In this document: in pieces, positions 56,995-64,000 of the stretch
Numbering within the stretch: the first letter of the stretch is position 1
Layout: each line of letters opens with the position of its first letter
Assembly (NCBI GenBank): GCA_964587425.1
Contig: CAZPLB010000001.1
Span: forward strand, 30,545 to 94,544
Length of the DNA stretch: 64,000 nucleotides
Direction of reading: 5' to 3'
DNA from: an uncultured Gammaproteobacteria bacterium
GTDB lineage: Bacteria; Patescibacteriota; Microgenomatia; UBA8517
The notes under the pieces: generated by a model
What the model saw: only the letters and a program-made list of their open reading frames with translations
What the model was told of the DNA's origin: nothing
The model's database searches: none
Translations under genes and position numbers: made by a program

Positions 56995-57303
56995 CTATTT
57001 TCTATGTTTTTTATTGAGCATTGCTTGCACTGAAGGGCTTATTGGCTTATCTGTGCGATGAATACAACCCAGCCAACAACATGGTCTGCGCATCCCATCT
57101 TTAAGTTCACTCACTGTCCTTTTAACGTGTTCTTTTCTTGTCTCCTCTTTCTTGACAAGGGTAACCCAACATATCCACTCATTACGGGCAAGAGGTGTTA
57201 GATCTTCCCATATGGCAAGTGCTTTTGGGTTAGAGGTTAAAGCTCTACGTAAATCCAATGGCAATTGATGAACTACACCACTGGCAATTGTTTTGCTGGC
57301 CAT
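56995..57303 (-). CDS. YdeI/OmpD-associated family protein
   Basis: 'WICWVTLVKKEETRKEHVKRTVSELKDG'. Confidence 0.6.
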   Translation of the reverse strand: MASKTIASGVVHQLPLDLRRALTSNPKALAIWEDLTPLARNEWICWVTLVKKEETRKEHVKRTVSELKDGMRRPCCWLGCIHRTDKPISPSVQAMLNKKHRK

Positions 57304-57385
57304 AATATTATTATATCAAATGAGGCTAAAATGTGATGCTTTACTTATAGATTATATCAAAACCTATTTTACGATTTAATTTTTT

Positions 57386-58132
57386 TTGGATTATAATGAA
57401 CTTGTGAGATACACACACAACATCCATGTTTTACGAAAAAAGAAACACATAATAACTTCTTCCATTATCCTCACCCTTTTAATAATCATTCTAATATTAT
57501 TCTTGGGTCTTTCAACTCTTGATATTAATAAATTTTTTATTGGTTTCGCGCAAAGCTTTATTAGAGTCGTTATTTCTTACATCATATCTGTAGTTTTAGC
57601 GATTCTACTTACTCTTTTTGTGACTTCATCACAAAAGATTGAATCAATTTTTCTTCCATTATTTGACGTTTTACAGAGTTTTCCTTCTTTTGCCATGTTT
57701 CCTCTATTATTGGTTTGGTTAGGTAGAGGAAGTACTGTAACAATATTTATTTTGATAATTAGTATGTTATGGCCGATATTATTTACACTAATAACAGCAC
57801 AAAAACAAACAAAACAAGAATTAGTTGAAGTTTCTCACGTTTTTGGGGCGACAGGATTTAAATATTTACGTTATGTGCAAATACCTTTAATGTTTTCGGC
57901 AATCATCACAGGCTCAATTGTGGCCTGGGGAGAAGCATGGGAAGCAATAATTGCCGCCGAAATCATTGCTTCTGTCCCAGGGGTTGGATCGTACTTGGCA
58001 GAGGCAGGAACTGCAGGAAGGGAAAATGTTCTTATTATTGGAATTTTACTTTTAATGCTACTTCTTTTCATAATGAATAAATATGTCTGGCTTCCACTTT
58101 TAAATAAAAGTACCAAATATCAAGGAGAATAA
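57386..58132 (+). CDS. ABC transporter permease (NitT/TauT-type)
   Basis: 6 TM with EAA-like loop. Confidence 0.8.
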   Translation: MDYNELVRYTHNIHVLRKKKHIITSSIILTLLIIILILFLGLSTLDINKFFIGFAQSFIRVVISYIISVVLAILLTLFVTSSQKIESIFLPLFDVLQSFPSFAMFPLLLVWLGRGSTVTIFILIISMLWPILFTLITAQKQTKQELVEVSHVFGATGFKYLRYVQIPLMFSAIITGSIVAWGEAWEAIIAAEIIASVPGVGSYLAEAGTAGRENVLIIGILLLMLLLFIMNKYVWLPLLNKSTKYQGE

Positions 58133-58848
58133 TGTTAACTATAAAAAATCTATCAAAAACGTTTATTTTGGATACAGAGAAAATTGCTGCTTTAAATGAC
58201 GTAAATTTCAACGTAGACAAAGGTGAGTTTTTTACAGTTATTGGTCCATCTGGCTGCGGAAAATCTACACTACTTAGAATTATTGCAAATTTGGATACTC
58301 CAACAAATGGAGAGGTTGTTTGGGAGGAAAAACCAACTATTGGCTTCGTTTTCCAACATTTTGCTCTTTTCCCATATCTTGATGTCTTTGAAAATGTAGA
58401 ATTTGGTTTAAAAATGCAGGGAGTTAAAAAAGATAAAAGAGTAACAATTGTTGATGAACTTCTTGAAGAAGTTGGTTTAACGGAATTTAGAAAAAAACAT
58501 CCGCAAGAATTATCAGGTGGAATGAAACAGAGAGTTGGAATTGCCCGGAGTCTGGCAGTTAGTCCAACCGTACTTCTTTTAGATGAGCCTTTCTCTTCCT
58601 TGGATGAACTTACCGCTGAAAATCTTAGAAATTTATTACTAGATATCTGGGAGAGAAGAAAAATTACAATAATTCTAGTTACACATTTAATACGTGAAGC
58701 CCTACAATTATCAGATAAAATAGCAGTTATGACTCCTGCTCCTGGCAGTATTGAAAGAATTTTGGACAACAATCTTTCTAGACCTAGAAATATGAGATCA
58801 AAAAACTTTTTTGAATTTGAGGACAAACTAAATCTACTACTGAAATAA
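58132..58848 (+). CDS. ABC transporter ATP-binding protein (NitT/TauT-type)
   Basis: 'GPSGCGKST', 'LSGGMKQRV', 'LLLDEPFSSLD'. Confidence 0.9.
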   Translation: MLTIKNLSKTFILDTEKIAALNDVNFNVDKGEFFTVIGPSGCGKSTLLRIIANLDTPTNGEVVWEEKPTIGFVFQHFALFPYLDVFENVEFGLKMQGVKKDKRVTIVDELLEEVGLTEFRKKHPQELSGGMKQRVGIARSLAVSPTVLLLDEPFSSLDELTAENLRNLLLDIWERRKITIILVTHLIREALQLSDKIAVMTPAPGSIERILDNNLSRPRNMRSKNFFEFEDKLNLLLK

Positions 58849-58883
58849 TTTGTTTCGCCTGACCAGAAAAATTAGAACTTATT

Positions 58884-59483
58884 TTATATTAATGAGCCTG
58901 TTTTGACTTCACCAGCACGTTTGAATGAAGCAATTATTACACCACTTGGAGAAGTTTTAGATTCTATTAATTTAAAGGCTTTCGGAATAGTACCACTCTC
59001 GAACAAACGTTTCCCCTTTCCAAGAGTTATGGGGAAAATCTTTAGCCAAAGTTCATCAACTAAATCATTTTTCAGAAGTGTTTGGACTAAATTTCCACTA
59101 CCATAGACTTGCATATCTGGACCACTCTGGCTTTTGAGTTTTTTTAACTCTTCAACTACATTCTCGTTTATGAATACAGAGTTACTCCATTCGTGTTTTT
59201 TAAGCGAGTTTGAAACAACATACTTTGTAGCACTGTTAACTCCATGCCATTCATCTTCATGCTTGGGCCAATATGAAGCAAAAATTTCAAATGTTTTCCT
59301 TCCCAGAAGCAGGCTGAATGGTTCTCTCATCTGCTCTGCCATAATTTTCCCTGCAAAATCGTCAAAGTAAGGAGCAGTCCAGCCCCCATATTTAAAACCA
59401 CCTGAGGCATCTTCTTCTGGACCACCGGGAGCTTGGATGACACCATCAAGGGTTATAAATTCAAGAACATTAATCTTTCTCAT
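58884..59483 (-). CDS. Dihydrofolate reductase family (RibD C-terminal domain) protein
   Basis: 'FITLDGVIQAPGGPEED' pattern. Confidence 0.75.
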   Translation of the reverse strand: MRKINVLEFITLDGVIQAPGGPEEDASGGFKYGGWTAPYFDDFAGKIMAEQMREPFSLLLGRKTFEIFASYWPKHEDEWHGVNSATKYVVSNSLKKHEWSNSVFINENVVEELKKLKSQSGPDMQVYGSGNLVQTLLKNDLVDELWLKIFPITLGKGKRLFESGTIPKAFKLIESKTSPSGVIIASFKRAGEVKTGSLI

Positions 59484-59523
59484 ATTTTAATTATATCAGA
59501 GGTGTGCAGGAAGATTGGCTCCA

Positions 59524-60150
59524 TTAATAACTAATAGTTACAATTTTATTTATTAAATTTTTATTATCAATATTTTTTAATAAAAAATCTGCGACATCGG
59601 CACGAGATATTTTTGAAAATAAACCAATTGGAAGATTTTCTCCCATGTTGTATCTTTCAGTTTTTGAGGTATTTACTAAACGAGCTGGGTGGACAATTGT
59701 CCACTTTAAACTACTTCCTTTAATCAAGTTTTCTTGTTTGGGAATATCTATAAAGAGATTTTTTAACACAGTTCTAAGGATTAATTTTTCAGGTAGAAAT
59801 ATGTTTTCGTTTACTCCAAAGGATGCAACAAAGAGGAGTCTTTCTACTTTGTGCTTCTTCATGGCTGAAATAATGTTTTTAAGCCCATCGGAGACGGTAG
59901 TAATTGGCTTTGAGAAGGCTTGAGAGGTTTTATTTCCTAATACGCTTATCACAACATCTTGACCTTTCACTGCGTTTTCAACGTCTTTTGGATTTAAAAT
60001 ATCTCCCTTCACAACCAAAAGCTTTTTGTTTTCGATCTTTAAGTTAGCAGGGTTTCTAACAAAAGCAGTAATACCATAGCCCATTTTCAACCCTTGATTT
60101 ACTAAATGTACTCCCGTCCCTCCTGTTGCTCCAAAAATAAGAACTTTCAT
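59524..60150 (-). CDS. NAD(P)H-binding (NmrA/BVR-B-like) oxidoreductase
   Basis: 'VLIFGATGGTG' Rossmann motif. Confidence 0.75.
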   Translation of the reverse strand: MKVLIFGATGGTGVHLVNQGLKMGYGITAFVRNPANLKIENKKLLVVKGDILNPKDVENAVKGQDVVISVLGNKTSQAFSKPITTVSDGLKNIISAMKKHKVERLLFVASFGVNENIFLPEKLILRTVLKNLFIDIPKQENLIKGSSLKWTIVHPARLVNTSKTERYNMGENLPIGLFSKISRADVADFLLKNIDNKNLINKIVTISY

Positions 60151-60239
60151 TGTTCTATTGTATCAATAAATTCAAAAACATTTTATATGAAGTACTGGCT
60201 CGCTTACTGGGATGATTTTAGGGCTTATTACCTATATTA

Positions 60240-60848
60240 CTAGCGGACTATTTTTGCTTTTGGCCATCTTTCAGCAATATGTTTATTTTCAACTCTCCAT
60301 TCAAATACTTTCTCAGTAATTCTGTCTCCTTCTATGTTTCTTCTGAAAACCATGTCCAACAAATCATCAATGTCGTAAGGAGCATATATTAATAATTGGT
60401 TGTCATTCTGAAGTCTTATCCCAATGCAAGAACATATCTCTGGCCAGTTATCAATATCTTCTTCTGAAGAATTTAGTGGTTTTCTATCTATTCCTTTCTT
60501 CTCTTTGTACCATTTATGAACAATGGCTGAATTTTTAAAATCCCACTCAACATTGGGTATAGAGTTCTCTAGAAATTGCCTTACTTCTTGTTCTTGTATT
60601 TCTTCTGAGGAGAAATAAACTAAATCAATATCTCTAATAGGTGTCTTACCTGGAGTTCCATGGAGATAATCCCAAACAGAATTTCTTACTATTCCTGCTC
60701 CTATATACCAATTTGGCAAATTTGCAGATCTGGCAATTTCCAAGACGTGCATTAACTGAGTATCTTGGCGAATGATATCAATGAGTTCTTGCTCTCGTCT
60801 CATTGCCGAAATTATAACAGGTTCTATCGTCCTACTCTGGGTAATCAA
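60240..60848 (-). CDS. Nucleotidyltransferase family protein (NTP_transf_6-like)
   Basis: 'WYIGAGIVRNSVWDYLHG...RDIDLVYF'. Confidence 0.55.
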   Translation of the reverse strand: MITQSRTIEPVIISAMRREQELIDIIRQDTQLMHVLEIARSANLPNWYIGAGIVRNSVWDYLHGTPGKTPIRDIDLVYFSSEEIQEQEVRQFLENSIPNVEWDFKNSAIVHKWYKEKKGIDRKPLNSSEEDIDNWPEICSCIGIRLQNDNQLLIYAPYDIDDLLDMVFRRNIEGDRITEKVFEWRVENKHIAERWPKAKIVR

Positions 60849-60937
60849 AAACTGAAGCTAAAAATGACTGGCTCCACCTGGTGGATGAAGTCAGAACTTA
60901 TTTTGCAATTTAAAATATAAATATATAACATTGCACT

Positions 60938-61525
60938 ATGGTGGATAGAAAAATAGGTTTTATAAGTCAACTCGAAGAAATAATGACAGGTCTTCCCTTT
61001 GAAAAATGTACTTTTGTGACTGAATCAATTACTGGAGATAAAGGATGGTATGCCCCAAAAGGTTACGCTTTTAAAATTTCAGGGCAATTTATTCTAGGCT
61101 GTGATCAATCTTTAGGTAATTGGGATGTCGTGATACCTTCTGCAAGTGTAGATTTGTTGAAAGAAAATAACGAAGAACCATCCGAAGAAGTTGGTACTCC
61201 ACCAACAGAATTTACAGGAAAATGGTTGTATATAGATATATATGAACGTGGAGTACAACTCTACGTCAAACAAAATAAAAATTTCTATTTTGAAAATGGA
61301 AAAGGTTGGTTGACTGAAATAGATGGATATTACTTTTCTACACAAGGAGTTCCTGAGATGAACTCAGTTGAATGGGAACAAAATTATGCTCAAGGAATGA
61401 TTGGTTTTTGCAGCATTGAACTTGTCGAGTGTGAAGAACAAGAACCACAGTTATATACACCTTTGGAAAATCATACAGAAGACAGTCTTACGTTACCGAG
61501 TATCTCCAAGAAATATAGTATATAA
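60938..61525 (+). CDS. Hypothetical protein
   Basis: ORF only. Confidence 0.35.
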   Translation: MVDRKIGFISQLEEIMTGLPFEKCTFVTESITGDKGWYAPKGYAFKISGQFILGCDQSLGNWDVVIPSASVDLLKENNEEPSEEVGTPPTEFTGKWLYIDIYERGVQLYVKQNKNFYFENGKGWLTEIDGYYFSTQGVPEMNSVEWEQNYAQGMIGFCSIELVECEEQEPQLYTPLENHTEDSLTLPSISKKYSI

Positions 61526-61526
61526 C

Positions 61527-61788
61527 TGGCTCCCCGGGTAGGATTCGAACCTACGACCTCGATCTTACAGAAATCCTCTTGTTACCAAGAGGGCTGGACT
61601 ATTTCATCATCCTTTTCAGGATGTCGGGTATATAGTCTCTACACATTTACCAAGATATCTTGGATTTAGCTCGAGATTGTCCTTTTTTTGAAAGGAGTTC
61701 CTCGAATTAGCCCAATTTTCATCCTGGTGTTACCACCAAGAGCTGCCTTACTCAACAGGATCTCGCGCTACCGCTGCGCCACCGGGGA
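61527..61788 (-). tRNA. tRNA-Asn(GUU) gene split by a ~187-nt intron within the anticodon (exons approx. 61755-61788 and 61527-61567)
   Basis: Spliced product reads TCCCCGG-TG-GCGC-AGCGGTA-GCGC-G-AGATC-CTGTTAA-GATCG-AGGTC-GTAGG-TTCGAAT-CCTAC-CCGGGGA-G-CCA. Loop CUGUUAA matches bacterial tRNA-Asn. One A27:G43 mismatch. Confidence 0.6.
61568..61754 (-). ncRNA. Putative self-splicing group I-like intron in tRNA-Asn
   Basis: U preceding the 5' splice site can pair as U:G with intron 'GCAG' (P1-like). The intron ends in G. There are two GNRA (GTAA) hairpins, TTGGTG/CACCAG and CCTCTTG/CAAGAGG, plus a CCAAG-ATAT-CTTGG hairpin. Confidence 0.4.
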
Positions 61789-61827
61789 ATGTATGTAAAG
61801 GAACAAGGCTATTATACCAATTGGAGT

Positions 61828-62910
61828 CTAGATATCCAAGTAGGCTTGAAGGATTTTTCTCCTTGAAGGGTGTTTTAATTTTCTGAGTGCTTTTGCCTCA
61901 ATTTGTCTTATGCGTTCTCTTGTTACACCAAATATCTTACCAACATCTTCTAAGGTGTGTGGCTGGTCTCCTTTGAGGCCAAATCTAAGTCCTAGAACTT
62001 TTGCTTCTCTTTCTGAAAGAGTTGAAAGGAGTTCTCCAAGGTCATCTCTTAATAATTCTTTTGATGCTTGGTCAACTGGTGAGAGAACTTTGTCATCTTC
62101 TATAAAATCACCTAATTGGCTGTCATCTTCCTCCCCTACTGGCTTTTGAAGAGATGTGGTTTCTTGCGAGATTTTAAATATTTCTCTTACTCTGTCTCCA
62201 GTAATCCCTAACTCATCCCCAATTTGTTCTGGAGTTGGTTCGTGACCCAATTCCTGCATTAATCTCTGGCTGGTTCTATAAATTTTATTTATGGTCTCAA
62301 CCATGTGGACCGGGATCCTGATGGTCCTTGCCTGGTCTGCTATGGCTCTAGTTATGGCCTGCCTAATCCACCAGGTTGCATATGTAGAAAATTTGAAGCC
62401 TCTTCTCCAATCATATTTTTCAACTGCGCGAATAAGTCCTTGGTTTCCTTCTTGGATTAGATCAAGGAGTGAGAGACCTCGACCAATGTACTTTTTTGCA
62501 ATTGAAACAACTAACCTCAAGTTTGACTGGGTCAGTTTGTCTTTTGCTCTTTTTTCTTTTTTCTCAAATCTCTTGGCGAGCTCTATTTCTTCTTCAGCAT
62601 CCAATAGCGGGAACTTGCCAATCTCCCTTAGGTATTGCCTTACGGGGTCTGTTGACTCGGCACTTCCTTCTAATTTTGAAAGGAGTTCTATTTGGCGCTC
62701 TATATCTTCATCTGGGGAAACTCCATCTTCTTCATCTTCACCAACGGACTCAAAAACATCAATTCCCTCTTCCAAAAGTTTGGCATATAGTTCATCTAAT
62801 TCTGTGAGTCTTGTTTCAGCATCTGTGAAGACTTCAAGTATTTCATCTTGAGTTAGAAAGCCTTGGTCTTTGCCCTTTTTGATTAGTTCAAGGGTAATAT
62901 TTCGAAGCAT
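61828..62910 (-). CDS. rpoD: RNA polymerase sigma-70 factor RpoD
   Basis: Regions 1.2-4 with '[30 protein letters not shown]'. Confidence 0.95.
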   Translation of the reverse strand: MLRNITLELIKKGKDQGFLTQDEILEVFTDAETRLTELDELYAKLLEEGIDVFESVGEDEEDGVSPDEDIERQIELLSKLEGSAESTDPVRQYLREIGKFPLLDAEEEIELAKRFEKKEKRAKDKLTQSNLRLVVSIAKKYIGRGLSLLDLIQEGNQGLIRAVEKYDWRRGFKFSTYATWWIRQAITRAIADQARTIRIPVHMVETINKIYRTSQRLMQELGHEPTPEQIGDELGITGDRVREIFKISQETTSLQKPVGEEDDSQLGDFIEDDKVLSPVDQASKELLRDDLGELLSTLSEREAKVLGLRFGLKGDQPHTLEDVGKIFGVTRERIRQIEAKALRKLKHPSRRKILQAYLDI

Positions 62911-62925
62911 GCCCCAATTATACGA

Positions 62926-64000
62926 CTAAATCTTCATTTTTGAAATGGCCTCAAGTTTTTGGCTTAATTTGGTGAATTCGAGCTTGACTGAACGCTTCCC
63001 TATTTGAGGCGAGAGGGCTGCCATTTTTTCTCTAATATCTAAAGATTGGAGCTCGTGCATTGTTTCATTTATTTCATCTTTTGATACTTCCTCTATTGAA
63101 TTACTTAATATTATTTCAGCCAATTTTTCTTTTAATTCCTGGGGTAAATCTTCAACATTCTCAAATTCAAGAACCTTCTTAAGAAATGAGTTTTTGATTA
63201 ATTCCCTTACTTTTGGATCTACCATTAACTTTTTTTCTTTGGCAAAAATTAAACCTATTAATCTTTCTTCAAGAAGGGTTCTTCTCCCTCTTTTTTCTTC
63301 AATTACCTCTTTTACTTCTTGTTTTCCATCCACTCTTTCTCTTTTTTTCTCTACTTCCTCCTCAACTGCTGTCTCATCAACATCGAGGATTCGAGCAAGC
63401 TTTTTAATATAGTGGGCTTCTATAATTTTGTCTTGAATGGTTCCAAGAATGGGAGTTAGTTCCCTACTTATTTTTGCTTTACCACCACCTGTAGATTTAT
63501 CGTACTTTGCGACTATTGAATCTATTATAAAGTCCCAAACTGGGACAGCATCTTGAAGGGCACTTTGGTAGAACTTTGAATCTGCCCTTGAGGCTTCATC
63601 TGGATCCTTGAATCTTCCAAACTTGGCAACTTTTGTTTCAACTCCAGCGTTTTCAAGAATTGAAATACCTCGAAGAGTTGCCTGGCCTCCTGCAAAATCT
63701 GAGTCGAGGGCTAGAATCACTTCTTTTGTGAAACGGCTTAAAAGTGAAACTTGCTCTTCGGTAACTGCAGAACCCTTGATTGCGACTACATTTTTTACAC
63801 CATTTTGATATGACGAAATGAGGTCTAGTTCGCCTTCAACAACAATTGCCTTACCTTCTTTTTTGATAAAATCCTTGGTTATGTTAAGTCCATAAAGTGA
63901 CTGACTTTTGTGATAAATGGGTGTTTCTGGGGAATTTATATACTTACCAACGTTTTTCTTTTCTGGGGGCAGTAGTCTTCCGGCGAGTGCTACCACTTGT
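62926..64000 (-). CDS. dnaG: DNA primase DnaG, C-terminal portion (gene continues beyond window end)
   Basis: TOPRIM 'VVEGELDLIS' then DnaB-binding C-terminal domain; N-terminus off-window. Confidence 0.8.
   Translation of the reverse strand, partial: QVVALAGRLLPPEKKNVGKYINSPETPIYHKSQSLYGLNITKDFIKKEGKAIVVEGELDLISSYQNGVKNVVAIKGSAVTEEQVSLLSRFTKEVILALDSDFAGGQATLRGISILENAGVETKVAKFGRFKDPDEASRADSKFYQSALQDAVPVWDFIIDSIVAKYDKSTGGGKAKISRELTPILGTIQDKIIEAHYIKKLARILDVDETAVEEEVEKKRERVDGKQEVKEVIEEKRGRRTLLEERLIGLIFAKEKKLMVDPKVRELIKNSFLKKVLEFENVEDLPQELKEKLAEIILSNSIEEVSKDEINETMHELQSLDIREKMAALSPQIGKRSVKLEFTKLSQKLEAISKMKI

Noticed and set aside
58068-58826. 252-aa ORF antisense to the ABC ATP-binding gene
   Set aside because: Fully embedded opposite a gene with strong Walker/signature motifs; Ser/Phe-rich low-complexity translation; a frame artefact.
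61527-61788. tmRNA (ssrA) hypothesis for the split tRNA-like ends
   Set aside because: A complete D-arm and anticodon arm can be assembled from the two ends. There is no tag-peptide ORF or resume codon. The span of about 260 nt is too short for tmRNA. An intron-containing tRNA fits better.
62291-62851. Two plus-strand ORFs (186 and 112 aa)
   Set aside because: Antisense to rpoD, which has unmistakable sigma-70 regions.
1-64000. CRISPR array
   Set aside because: No regularly spaced direct repeats were seen in any intergenic region.

Overview
AT-rich (roughly 35-38% GC by eye), tightly packed bacterial chromosomal segment, with most genes on the minus strand. The gene content looks like a small-genome CPR/Patescibacteria-type organism. 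That is an inference from content: archaeal-type TIM, eukaryote-type class I FBA, split transketolase, tandem PBP1A paralogs, DUF5667, many TA pairs, and an intein-containing class II RNR.

Core genes:
- A central-carbon cluster: PfkB kinase, class I fructose-bisphosphate aldolase, split transketolase, rpe, gap, pgk, rpiB, tpiA.
- Peptidoglycan genes: two tandem bifunctional PBP1A genes plus a beta-lactamase-like serine hydrolase.
- A cobalamin-dependent ribonucleotide reductase interrupted by a LAGLIDADG intein, next to a PduO-type cobalamin adenosyltransferase.
- Also rpoD, partial dnaG, a DEAD-box helicase, pyrD, a beta-CASP RNase, topoisomerase IB, DsbA/DsbB, msrA, ogt, and two ABC transporters.

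Accessory and unusual content:
- Three BrnT/BrnA-type and one VapBC toxin-antitoxin loci.
- A TraG/VirD4-like coupling ATPase next to a Xer-family recombinase, plus a GC-rich tRNA-like element with a non-canonical anticodon loop.
- A tRNA-Asn(GUU) gene split by a ~187-nt highly structured (group I-like) intron.
- A HEPN-like small protein translationally coupled to a CPBP/Abi intramembrane protease.
- A SET-domain protein beside a secreted HNH nuclease.
- A frameshifted GT-C glycosyltransferase.
- An Ala/Gly/Val-rich protein with elevated GC.

No CRISPR array was seen. All calls are motif-level readings of the supplied translations and raw sequence; no database search was run.
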